Shown one piece after another: positions 29,795 through 41,800 of a stretch of 64,000 bases of DNA; positions within the stretch are counted from its first letter, which is position 1, and the number at the start of each line of letters is the position of its first letter. A program made the position numbers and the translations under genes. This DNA is from Zygnema circumcarinatum SAG 698-1b (Eukaryota; Plantae; Zygnematophyceae), in assembly GCA_037447605.1 (NCBI GenBank), contig CM074809.1, positions 1,230,689-1,294,688 on the forward strand, given 5' to 3'. The notes below the pieces were generated by a model. The model made no database searches and was not told where the DNA came from. It saw only the letters and a list, made by a program, of their open reading frames with translations.

Positions 29795-32700
29795 TGTAGC
29801 ACAAGATAAGTGCTGGGGTTAAAGGGAGGCTGGCGAGCTGGTTGCGAGGTCTTTGCATCTGCGACCCTTTCAGCGGCGTCCGTCTTTGGCCCGATGAAGT
29901 GTTGGGTTGGTTACGTGGGTCTGCTGCTGACATAGAGCGGTCAGGGGTCCGAGGTGCAGCGGTGAGCGTAGGGATCACCGAAGATGTTCCCACCGGCCGA
30001 GGCTGGACCCGATCGCATAAAGAGCCCTTCTTGGGGGCTCTCCTCCCTGACTCTCATTAGTCTCTTGGCTAGGCTTCTAGTTAATACTGTCATTGGGAGG
30101 AATGTATGTGATAGAATAAGATGGTAGCCTTGGCATAGTTGGATAAAGAAGGGAAAAATGTAGACTAACTTAGATAAAGGTTGTATTTTGAAAGTCACCC
30201 CACCCAAATGGGGTTACTGGGATTGTCATTACAACGAAAGTATCTTCTCTCTAACAAATCTTTGTCCGTCAATGAATGGATTTTAAATGTCATTAAGAAG
30301 ACTCTTTTCTCTCTCTCTCTTTATCTATGGCATGGAATCCTCTCTCTCTCACACTTAGCATCCGGTTGGCCGAACTCTAAGAGGAAGAAGAGAAGCACAA
30401 GACAACAAACCACACAAAGAAATACAAATACTGGGTTTCCAAAGACTAAAAGACAAACAAGCACACGTACATCCCATCTACTTAACACTCATTAGATCTT
30501 GAGCTCGCCATGATAGTCCCCTCGACAATAACCGGCTTCAATCGAGAGGCCTGGACTCGACTACGTGAGGCCTTCCATAGTCAATCTGCCGGCTAACGGC
30601 GCACTTTGGCGGGCGCCCGAAAGTCTACCGGAGCGGTGTGCCGCTCAAGGCTGCCAACGCTTCTGGCGCCGCCGTGATTTTCTCCGGCCTAACTCGGATA
30701 GTGCCGGGTCCGCGGACACTTTAATGAATATGTCAAGTACAACTGAACGGACGCGGATCCGTCGAACGCAGCTCCGTTACGCTACATCTGTAGCACATGC
30801 CGGGGGGGGAAAACAAGCGCACGCCCCTGCGGGCGCAATGAAGAAGAGACAAAGGGCAGGGGAGGAGACAATGATGACGTGGACGGGGGGCCGCGCGAGG
30901 CGAGTCGGAGGCCGTCCGGAGAAGCTTCCGCATACAGTCGGCAATGGGGAGTATCGGCAGGACCGGAGGTGGAGGAGGGAGTAAGACAAATTCAAAATCG
31001 AAAGTTACGGCCGACAGGCGAAATGCGTGGCGAAGTGGCGGCAAAAAGTGGCGGGAAGAGAAATGGACCAATGAGGAGTCGTCATGGCAGGGGGGGTACG
31101 AGGAGACCGCTACCGTTTGGCCGCAAACGCTCGTACCTACTTCCGGGAGGAACTGACGCGGGCGGCATCTACGTTTATCCGGGGCAACGCTGGCGCTCTA
31201 TCAGAGTCGTGGCCTTCCTAAAATGATGGCCCAACTGATCTCCGACCTTTAATTCCACAAAATGAAGGCCCAACCACGGAAAAGCCCGGGCCGAAGCCTG
31301 CTTCATGAGACCGAGCCAAATGAGCTGACGCGGGCGACTTCATCAAGGAGAGCAATACACGGGCCTCCTAAAGTTCGGGTGAGTTGTCGCCTCAGGTGCT
31401 GCCTCGAGGTGGGGTGGGAGGCCATGGAATTCCAGGGTTTTAAAGCTGAGGGCTGTGGGTTTGTTACACCATCCGGGGAGGCTAGAAGAGGGGCTCGCCA
31501 GAGAGGGAGGTCAAGGGGAATGCTGGGCTTACGGCCATGTGAGGGACTGGGGGCTTGGTAGCCGTGCTGGAGGAGTGAACAGAGGTGTTGTACGTGAAGA
31601 CCAGGGAGGGGATGACCTCGCGCCAGTCCGCCTCCAGCTCCGCGCAGCCGCGAACGCACGCATCCTTGACCGTCTGTATGGTACGTTCTGCAAGGCCATT
31701 CTGCCAGGGGGAGTAGGGGCTAGAGGTGCGGTGAATGATGCGGAAGTCCTGCATGAGCTTGGCAAACGCCCCCTTGTATTCGTGCCATTGCTGTAGTGGG
31801 ATGCAGTAGGGAGAGAGTGATTTGCGAATGATGGCCGCCTCGAGGCGCGTAGAAAGGGACTTAGGATTCTCACGCGGAATCCCACCCACTTGGTGTATTT
31901 GGTTCACCTGCCAGGAAGACCCTAACGTGAGGGGTGGCGAAGCCGGGGATAGAAAAGGTGTCGATGTTCCAATCTTCTCGCGACGCCAGATGGGATCTCA
32001 CCCATCTCGGAGGGGTTGGGCGGTCGGGGAGCAAAACGCTTCGGCCACATGGTACGGGTGCAGGCGTTTCGACATGTAGCCGTTCATCAAGGCCATGGGA
32101 GTGCTCTGCCAATAGTAGCGCCCCGCAGCCAGGCTTACCATCTTCTTCTCGCCGGGCGCGGAATCCGCCGGCCGGAATCATGTGCCACGCCCGCACGCAT
32201 GCGCTGGGGAAAGGAAATGAAGGTCGAGGGAGGTGGTAGACCTGTCCTTCATCATCGACAAGAGAAGTTCCGAGCGCCGCGGAGCAGCCTACCCTCCTGC
32301 AGACCGCGGATAAAAGGCAGAGTCATGACGTGAAATAAGAGAGGGAGGAGTCGAATGGACGCTATCATGTTGGGGAAATGGGGAGGAAGAAAGGGAGCTT
32401 CGCCTATCGCTATCCATGAGGAGTTCCTACCTGACCGCACGGGGTGGGCCGTGGTGAAGTCGCAACTCGCCAAATGATGGAGGGTGGTGGTCGCGGTCGA
32501 ATATCAATCACCATCCGCTGTAATATGACATCACATGCGGCCCTGATCGGGCAATAAAAATCTCAATGGGAAGATGCCTGTGGATTCAAGAGGGTGGGGA
32601 TGGGGTTCGTGGAACGTGATCGCACAGAGGAGGGAGCCAAGGATTATGACCGAGGCCGCCGCGATTGCCGCGACTAATACCGACGGTGAGCGATACCTGA

Positions 32701-33196
32701 AAGCACATTATACCTCCAACTTCATCACCCATCGCGGCAAACTTAGGGTCGTAGGGGAAAATGCATAATGTGCGCCCAAGTGAGGGGCAGCATGTGGTCG
32801 CACCGATGATAATGGGCTGGTAGGCCGTGAAGAGCTTGAACTTCTCGAGTGCCCAGAGGATAGCCGCGGCCTCACCCTCAGTAGGGCTGTACTTGGTCTC
32901 GGTTTCTGAACAAACCCTGCTAGCATAACTGACCGGGTGTTCCCCATCCGAGAATGCTTGACTGGCCACTGCCCCGAAGCCTGTCTGACTCCAGTCAGCG
33001 TCAATAATGGTGGGCAGGGTGGGGTCGAATTGATGCAGACAAGGAGCCTGAAGGAGGGCACTCTTGAGCGCCTGGAAGGCCAGATCCTGCGCTCGGCTCC
33101 ATTCGTAGTGGACTCCGTGCTTCTCCAAGGCATGTAGGGGACGCGCGATAAGGGCATAGCCCTTGATGAACCGGCGATAGAATGAGGTGAGTCCCA
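29795..33196 (-). mobile_element. Ty3/gypsy element A (family 1), 3' half: RNase H, integrase and 3' LTR
   Basis: RT connection/RNase H (GLTSFYRRFIKGYALIARPLH...DADWSQTGFGAV...YSPTEGEAAAILWALEKF), integrase core (HRTSSPYSPWQNGLAERTIQT), LTR at 29795-30786 with TGTAGC...GCTACA termini. Downstream flank TCGT on the - strand. Confidence 0.9.
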
Positions 33197-33206
33197 NNNN
33201 NNNNNN

Positions 33207-33546
33207 AAACAAGCATCACTGACATCCCATCTACTTAACACTGACAATAGATCTTGAGCCTTAGCAGTGACAGTCCCTGATTGGCCAACTGCCCACTGAG
33301 AGGCCTGACTGACTACGTGAGGCCTTCTGATAGGTCAACTGCTGACAATCGGCGGCACTTTGCGGCGCTTCCGAGTGCGCCTAGCTGGATGGTGTGCTGT
33401 CCCGTGGGCCGCCAACACATGGCGCCGCCTTCTCGCATTTTCCGTCGGCAATTCCTGGATCAGGCCGGTCCGTGACACTGAATAGGAATATGGCAAGTAC
33501 AACTGAACGGACGCGGATCCGTCGAGCGCAGCTCCGTCACGCTACA
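33207..33546 (-). mobile_element. 5' LTR fragment of element B
   Basis: Reads TGTAGCGTGACGGAGCTGCGCTCGACGGATCCGCG from 33546 downward, homologous to 17369+. Upstream flank GGGT on the - strand; truncated by the gap. Confidence 0.85.
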
Positions 33547-34046
33547 ACCCCCTACTGTAGTACGAATAGTACGAATAGTACGGCTAACATAAGGTTACCG
33601 TACAAAAAGGTGGTTTCGGCAAAATCGGGGCGAATTTCTCGAGGACGCACTCCTTAGGGCGGTAAATACGAGGACCCCCTACTGTATGGCTGTTCGTACG
33701 ACGGAGGCACATGGTGCATGAAGCACCATGGCAACTGTAACACTCGCTACAGCCGGCGGGTCCTCTACGCTGGTAGAGGGTGCTACAAAAGGGAAGGAAT
33801 GGGCGAGAGCTTGTTGGAAACCAGTATTGAGAGAGATGGAGCAAAGGGAAAAAGGAGCAAGGGAGTTGGAAACCTCCTTGCTACAGGGAATTTACATAAA
33901 AAAACACATTTGAACTTGAAATTGTACGAATTTTAGTTTTGAATTCAAAAAGATGCCAACTTTGAATAGAAAAAAATGCACCAAAAACGTCTTCAAAAAC
34001 AAAGAAGACCTTACTATCAATAGGCTCTTCAATAGCCTATTGAACG

Positions 34047-36133
34047 TGTAACGACTGAAAACCGCCTCTTCAGTCTGCGCGGAATCACACACCAGCACTC
34101 CGAGTTCAGCGAGAGAGAGAGCAAGAGAGAGAAAGTTTCAGAGAGTGGCGCAGCCCTGGGCAGGGGTGCAACCGAATGCCGGTACGTTGGTTGGGTGACG
34201 ACAGTCACCCTCGCCCCTTTACGCTTCCCCCATTGAACCTCCTACCAGCATGGAGGATTGGAAGCAGGGCTGTCCAATGGCNNNNNNNNNNCCCTCGAGA
34301 GTCCAGGCCACCAGAACTCTCGGAGCAGTGCCTCACGGGTTTTGGCAACTCCCATGTGACCTCGGTACGGAGGATCATGTAGCTCACCCAGAATGAGCTG
34401 CCGTACAGTCCCGGCCTTGGGCACGACCAACTGCTGGCCGTGGTACCAGAATCCGTCCTTAGACACCACTTTGTCCTTATAGCCATTACCTTGGCCATCC
34501 AGGAACAAAGGATCACCAGCATACCCCTCCTGGATCATCTGTCTGAGTTCAGAGAGAGCAGGAGGGTTGACTGCGTCACTGGTGGAGGGATCTATGACAA
34601 AGCATACTGGAGACGGAGACTCGGGGTTGGCCGGCCCCTCACCTCTGTCATCTCGTTCCACCAACACTCGAGTCGACGAGCGCACCATCCAGGCAAGATG
34701 CCGAGGCTGCCTACTCAGTGGGTCTGCTACATTCAGCCTTCCGGGCCGATAAACCCACTGGCTAGTCAAACCTTTGGAGGAACTCAGACCAGCGTGCCTG
34801 CCGCCTAGACAGGGTCTGTTGGGTTGAGAGGAACGTCACGGACCTGCGGCTGCTGATTCTCAAATATGGACTCACTTTCTCTAAATAGCAATCAGCCATG
34901 TCCTCGGGGAGCGGACCACCGCAGTTAGCCTCGCTCAAGGTGTATCAAATAAGCCACCGATTCATTTTAAGTGTACTTTCTACACGCCGTAGGTTGACCA
35001 TCTTGAAGTAAACAAGATTCGCACTCCAAGGCGAATCCCGGCGAACGCCAAAACCACTTCATGTTTGGACGGTCCGCCAAACCAGAAAGCTGGTGCCAGA
35101 ATAAGTGCTGGCGCACACCTTCTAATGCATCCTGGCATTCAGGGGTCCATGTAAAGGGGACACCGGAACGTGTCAAATTATTCAATTGAGTAACCAACTT
35201 ACTAAACCCTTGGATGAACTTACGAAAATAATTCGCAAAGCCTTAAAAGACCTCAACTGGTGTCAGCTTATGGCTTCAAGTTTCACCGCTTAAACTTTGG
35301 CAGATCAGTCGAAGACCGACATTCGTGATATGCCCAGCGATAAAGCAAATCCCCACGCCGCATTTGGCGACACTTTTCCCTCTTGGCATAAAAATTGGTG
35401 CTTCCTCGTGGTCTCAAACACTTTCCTCAACGTTCAAGATGTTCCTCCTCCTCGCCTGAAGACAAGGATATCATCGAAACCAAAACAAACTTCGCCCACG
35501 GGCGAACACGCCCTACCGCCACTGAAAGTCGCCGAGCATACCAATCCAAAGGGCAACACCTTATATTGGAAGTGACCAATCGGCGTCCGGAACGCAGTTT
35601 TTGGCACATCAGCTTCCGTGACGCGAATCTGATGGTACCCCTGAGCAAGATCGAGTGAAGTAAACACTCTGGCGCCGTGAAGACGATCCAACAGATCATC
35701 AATACGTGGTAAAGCAAAACGGTTCTTTACGGTGATCTTGTTGAGTGCGCGATAATCAATGCACATCCTCAACGAGCCATCTTTCTTCCCAACAAACANN
35801 NNNNNNNNGCGCGGCGCGGGGTCCGACTGACAGTCCGTCCTTACCAACGGTAACCCGTAATTGTACGGACGACGGTTATGTTCCAAAACGTAAGGAAGAT
35901 GTGGTCGGGATTCCGTGATCCCTCGACCACATCGGCGACGCGATACATATATGTCTCAGTATACCGCGCCGCATCGAACCCTTGCAACCTTCGCAAGGTT
36001 CGATCCCAGGACCCTTCCCGGTCCTAGGTGGTCCCCGACACCTTGGCCACTCGGCCCGCGCCCGGGGTGAGAGTACTAGGACGGAGCGCGCCCTAAGTAC
36101 ACCTCCCGTGGGTGACTGTAGCGTTTCGCTACA
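34047..36133 (-). mobile_element. Family-2 Ty3/gypsy element C, collapsed across two gaps
   Basis: LTR start TGTAGCGAAACGCTACA at 36133 and LTR end cagtcgttaca at 34047, 5-bp TSD GAACG on both sides. RT (GSLRMCIDYRALNK...KTAFRTPIGHFQYKVLPFGL) at 35.4-35.8 kb; integrase Zn finger (LHDPPYRGHMGVAKT) at 34.3-34.5 kb. Confidence 0.92.
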
Positions 36134-36888
36134 GAACGTTTGCTTTCAAACGCTCTTCTTTCACTTTCATATTTTCTTATAATCTTAGGATTTTTGGCTG
36201 AACCTTATCTTGCACCTCATAATACAAACAAACCAATAAATACGCGTCATATATTTCAAACAAAAAGAAGTAACACGTCCCCGCCCGCCCGCCCGCCCGC
36301 CCACCCAGCTCCCGTCCGTGTGCAGTGACTGCAGTCCATGTCCATGCATTATTCCCAAGGCTCCCTCCCTCCCTCTCTCCGCCCCCCCCCCACGCCCAGG
36401 AAGTACAAGCAACCCAAGTTTTCCGAGAAAAACCGAGTTTCCCAAGGTCCCACCCTCGTGCGCCACTGCCGGTCCCGGGCCGGTCCCTGCCGGTCCCGGG
36501 CCGGTCCCGGCCGGTCCCGGGCAGGGGCGGGGAGAAGCCTCTGCGCAGCCACGGCGAATTTTCCAATATTTGTGGGAGTGCCACGTGGCGCGCTTCCATT
36601 GGGTTACATTTGCAAAAACAGGCCGAGACGGCAGAAAGACGGGAAAATTTTGCAGAACTGCGCCGGGGTTTTAGACACGCAGGAGGCGGCCGTGAACCCT
36701 GGATTTTACAAGATGTCAAGCTAGGAAAATTAGTACTGAATATTTTCTACTCGAGCTACTTATACAGGCGGATCGGCATGTTCCAAAATACTCATTTTGG
36801 TTCCCAACCGATGCAAAGCTCAGCTTCACCTTCAAAAATTTCTGACGATTTTCGGTCTGACATTTTCCTTACAGAAAAGGCTCTACAG

Positions 36889-36922
<34 letters not shown>

Positions 36923-37294
36923 CTATGCCGCTCGATTTTTGGAAATCTGACCGCCCTTTTCGGTCAACGCGCCAAAACATTGACTTGCCGTACCGTATCG
37001 TCCAAGCGGCACTGCCACGTGGTGCTGCCCGACTGGCGTGGCCGTGCTGACTGGACCAGCTCCGTCAATCAGATCGCGGCACCAGGTCCGGGCCGGTCGC
37101 ACGTGCCGGCGACACTTGGCTGCGGAGAAGCTTCCGGCGGGCAGCACGTTTCATGCGGCCAATCAAAGCGGGGCCTTACACGTGTCTTGGTCCTGGCGGC
37201 TGCAAAAGATGCGCGTGACGTCACAGCCTAACGCGCCATTGACCCAATGGCGCCCTGTCAGAACGTGCCAGCGGCCCGCCCTCTAAGAGGGCGT

Positions 37295-38586
37295 GGGGGG
37301 GGGGGGGAACGAAGGGGGAGGGAGTGAGAGAGAGAGGTAGAGGGAGAGGGAGAGAGAGGAGAGGGAGAGGGAGAGGGGAGTGGCAGGAGGAGGTAGGGAG
37401 GCCCCTGTCCGTCGCCTCTTGAAGGATAAACGCCTCATGTGGAGCTTCTAAGGAGGCTTTTCCCTCCAGCAGCAGGAGTCCCCGAGGGAGAGGGAGAGGG
37501 AGACCGAGTGGGCGAGGAGTAGGAGAGGGAGAAGGAAAGTGGGGAGGCGGTGGCGCCATGGTTAGTACGCGGAAGAAAGCGAGCATTCGGCTCTCCAAAC
37601 TTTTATCGTTTGTAGGATGTGCGCGCCCTCGAACTGATGAGTCATCTTCATTGGTGGGAGGGCCCGGGTATTCCCGTGTGGTTTATTGCAATGAGCCGCA
37701 GCGGCATTCAGGGCCTCCTCACAAGTATCCAAACAATTATATTTCCACCACAAAGTACAACTTCATTACCTTCTTGCCAAAAGCGTTGGCTGACCAGTTC
37801 CGCCGCGTAGCAAACATATACTTTCTGATTGCTGCAATTTTAGGTCTGACGCCGCTCTCCCCCTATGAGTCAGCAAGTTTGATCGGACCTCTAGTCGTGG
37901 TACTTGGCGCGAGTATGACTAAGGAGGCGATAGAAGACTATCGGCGTTGGATGGCGGTACAGACAGTAACCCTAATTTTCTTACACCGTCCTCTCTTGCT
38001 TGTCTTTTCCAAATTACTTTGCTCCCTTACCCCATTCACCCACCCATCCCCCTCCCCTCCTTTGTTTCTCCATGTTCATGGCAAGATTATATGGATGAAA
38101 TGATGAAACCTTGAAGGGTTTAAACTGGAAAGGTGTGAGAGAGTAGCTGAGGTATTTGATAGAGATGTTTTTTCTGCCCGGATTGAGATTTATTGTGAAT
38201 GCTTTTTGATTTTTTCAAGATGGTATAGGTTAAAAAGTACTTGTACTTTAGGTGGCACTGGGCTTTATCAAAACATGTGAGCCTCTGGAGGTTAATTCAA
38301 GAGAGACTTGCATCAGCCGTGCTATACTTAACAGGCGAGCGAGGGAGCGGAGGGAGCTATGGCAGGATCAAGAGGTGAACAGGAGGCTTGTACCAGTGTA
38401 TGATGGCCATGAAAAGTTTTTGCCCAAGCAGTGGCAGGAGCTGAAGGTGGGAGACATTGTGAAGGTGGAAAAGGATAACTTCTTCCCTGCTGACCTGCTC
38501 TTGCTTTCCTCATCCTACCCTGATGGTGTCTGCTATGTTGAGACCATGAACCTCGACGGAGAGACAAACCTGAAGCTCCGGAAGTC
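37295..38586 (+). repeat. Near-identical duplicate of the ALA 5' region (probable assembly overlap artefact)
   Basis: 37295-38586 matches 38597-39888 almost base for base, introns included, and the two are separated by a 10-N gap. Confidence 0.9.
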
Positions 38587-38859
38587 NNNNNNNNNNGGGG
38601 GGGGGGGGGAACGAAGGGGGAGGGAGTGAGAGAGAGAGGTAGAGGGAGAGGGAGAGAGAGGAGAGGGAGAGGGAGAGGGGAGTGGCAGGAGGAGGTAGGG
38701 AGGCCCCTGTCCGTCGCCTCTTGAAGGATAAACGCCTCATGTGGAGCTTCTAAGGAGGCTTTTCCCTCCAGCAGCAGGAGTCCCCGAGGGAGAGGGAGAG
38801 GGAGACCGAGTGGGCGAGGAGTAGGAGAGGGAGAAGGAAAGTGGGGAGGCGGTGGCGCC

Positions 38860-41800
38860 ATGGTTAGTACGCGGAAGAAAGCGAGCATTCGGCTCTCCAA
38901 ACTTTTATCGTTTGTAGGATGTGCGCGCCCTCGAACTGATGAGTCATCTTCATTGGTGGGAGGGCCCGGGTATTCCCGTGTGGTTTATTGCAATGAGCCG
39001 CAGCGGCATTCAGGGCCTCCTCACAAGTATCCAAACAATTATATTTCCACCACAAAGTACAACTTCATTACCTTCTTGCCAAAAGCGTTGGCTGACCAGT
39101 TCCGCCGCGTAGCAAACATATACTTTCTGATTGCTGCAATTTTAGGTCTGACGCCGCTCTCCCCCTATGAGTCAGCAAGTTTGATCGGACCTCTAGTCGT
39201 GGTACTTGGCGCGAGTATGACTAAGGAGGCGATAGAAGACTATCGGCGTTGGATGGCGGTACAGACAGTAACCCTAATTTTCTTACACCGTCCTCTCTTG
39301 CTTGTCTTTTCCAAATTACTTTGCTCCCTTACCCCATTCACCCACCCATCCCCCTCCCCTCCTTTGTTTCTCCATGTTCATGGCAAGATTATATGGATGA
39401 AATGATGAAACCTTGAAGGGTTTAAACTGGAAAGGTGTGAGAGAGTAGCTGAGGTATTTGATAGAGATGTTTTTTCTGCCCGGATTGAGATTTATTGTGA
39501 ATGCTTTTTGATTTTTTCAAGATGGTATAGGTTAAAAAGTACTTGTACTTTAGGTGGCACTGGGCTTTATCAAAACATGTGAGCCTCTGGAGGTTAATTC
39601 AAGAGAGACTTGCATCAGCCGTGCTATACTTAACAGGCGAGCGAGGGAGCGGAGGGAGCTATGGCAGGATCAAGAGGTGAACAGGAGGCTTGTACCAGTG
39701 TATGATGGCCATGAAAAGTTTTTGCCCAAGCAGTGGCAGGAGCTGAAGGTGGGAGACATTGTGAAGGTGGAAAAGGATAACTTCTTCCCTGCTGACCTGC
39801 TCTTGCTTTCCTCATCCTACCCTGATGGTGTCTGCTATGTTGAGACCATGAACCTCGACGGAGAGACAAACCTGAAGCTCCGGAAGTCTCTGGAGCGGAC
39901 CCTGCCTCTTGATAATGAGGGCACATTGTCTAAGTTTCGAGCACATATAAGCTGCGAAGACCCTAATCCGAGCCTATACACATTCATTGGGAACCTTGAG
40001 TGGGGAGATGAGACAACAGCAATTAGCCCTCAGCAGATCCTTCTGCGAGACTCGAAGCTGAGGAATACCGGTCATGTTTATGGGGTCTGCATCTTTACTG
40101 GCCATGACACGAAGGTGATGCAGAATGCCACAGCTGCTCGCTTCAAGCGTAGCCGCATTGAGAAGCGGATGGACTCCATTATTTACCTCCTTTTTGGATT
40201 CTTGGTCACACTCTCTGTTGTAGGGTCGATTGTCTTTGGCATTCGGACGAAAAAAGAAATGGATGACTGGTGGTACTTGAAACCCTACGACACGAATGTT
40301 TACTACGATCCCTCAAAGGCTGCACTCTCTGCAATTTTGCAAGCAGTGACTGACCTCATTCTCTACAGTTACCTCATTCCTATCTCCCTCTATGTCACTC
40401 TTGAGATAGTCAAGCTCTGCCAAGCCATTTTCATCAGCAAAGACCGCGAAATGTACCACTTAGAATCTGACACTCCTGCAAGAGCCCGCACATCCAACTT
40501 GAACGAAGAATTAGGGCAAGTGGACACAATTTTGTCGGATAAGACGGGCACTCTCACCTGCAACCAAATGGAGTTCCGAAAGTGCTCCATTGCAGGTGTA
40601 GCATATGGGAGAGGAGTGACCGAAGTCGAGCTAGCTACCGCTCGGCGGCTTGGGAAGGACATAAAGGAGTTGGAGGAGTATGATGGAGAGGAAGAGGCAG
40701 ATATGAATGGGTCGAAAGGCCATGTGAAGGGGTTTGCCTTTAGGGACGATCGCATCATGAAGGTGCGTATTGATGGGGCTTAGCTTGCATTTCTCAAAAC
40801 AAGGGAGAACTTTGGCAGCTATAACGCTGCCTGTTTCGCCTCCATTTATTGTTAGTTTTTCTTGCCTATAAAACATCTAGTTGGTTCCATCCTCCCTTTC
40901 CTCCTATTTGGGTCCTACATGTAGACGGAGGGCAGGTGGGAAAGGAAGCAGCTGAAGGAATGTAACAGACTCAATGTCACTGAAAATGAACATTTTGAAC
41001 TCTGCACGTTTGTTTAGTAGGGTCTACTCCAACCCAATGAACAACAATGCATCTAGGAATAGTTGTAGTCCTCACGTAGCTATGTTATTGTTTGCAGGGC
41101 AACTGGCTCAGTGAAAGCAATCCCGAAGTCATCCGCATGTTTTTACGAATTCTCGCGGTTTGCCACACCGCTATTCCGGAAGTGAATGAAGCGACGGGAG
41201 AGGTCAGCTATGAAGCGGAGTCTCCCGACGAGGCAGCTTTTGTGGTAGCTGCGCAACAAATGGGCTTCGAATTTGTCGAACGCACAGAGAAGACTGTAGT
41301 TGTGAAAGAACCCTCTGTGGATAACCCGAAGCAGCGGATCGACCGGTAAGGGACGTTAAAAAATGCCATGTTTGCTGAAGATTGTTTTAAGATACGCCAT
41401 GGCTATTTCAGAGGGAGGGCTCAAAGCCCCCACCCCTCCCTCCCTTCCCTCCGCGCTCTTTCCCCTTTTCACTCTATTTCGACCCTAAATCCCGCATCTT
41501 GTCCTAGATATGCTCGTCTCCTTCACCTCGATCGCTTACCTTTCATTTCGATCGCTTACCCTTCATTGTTTGTATGGAGGCTAATTAAGCAGCCACGGGT
41601 AATGCTGCCTGCAGGGTGTATGAGGTGCTTAACCTGTTGGAATTCAATAGCACCCGCAAGCGTATGTCTGTGATAGTGCGGGAGCCTGGAGGCCGGATTC
41701 TCCTTATGACGAAAGGAGCTGACAGGTAGTTTTCTATCGTCTTGGGTATCCCTGAAACCTCCATTTGATACAATAGTTTTTGTGTAGAGTGAGAACCGCG

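Noticed and set aside
17369-30786. Inverted LTRs suggesting a DIRS/tyrosine-recombinase retroelement
   Set aside because: The associated pol has a DDE-type gypsy integrase and no tyrosine recombinase, and the inverted arrangement is explained by the flipped block, which restores both TSDs.
18400-36000. Programmed frameshifts or recoding in TE ORFs
   Set aside because: Indels are scattered throughout, LTR pairs included, while flanking genes are clean; decay or unpolished reads explains them.
36889-36920. Poly-A tail of a SINE or retrocopy
   Set aside because: No pol III A/B boxes, TSD or parent-gene similarity seen; it is simply an A-run.
37558-38629. Second, truncated ALA paralogue
   Set aside because: It is near-identical, introns included, and abuts a gap, so it is treated as an assembly overlap.
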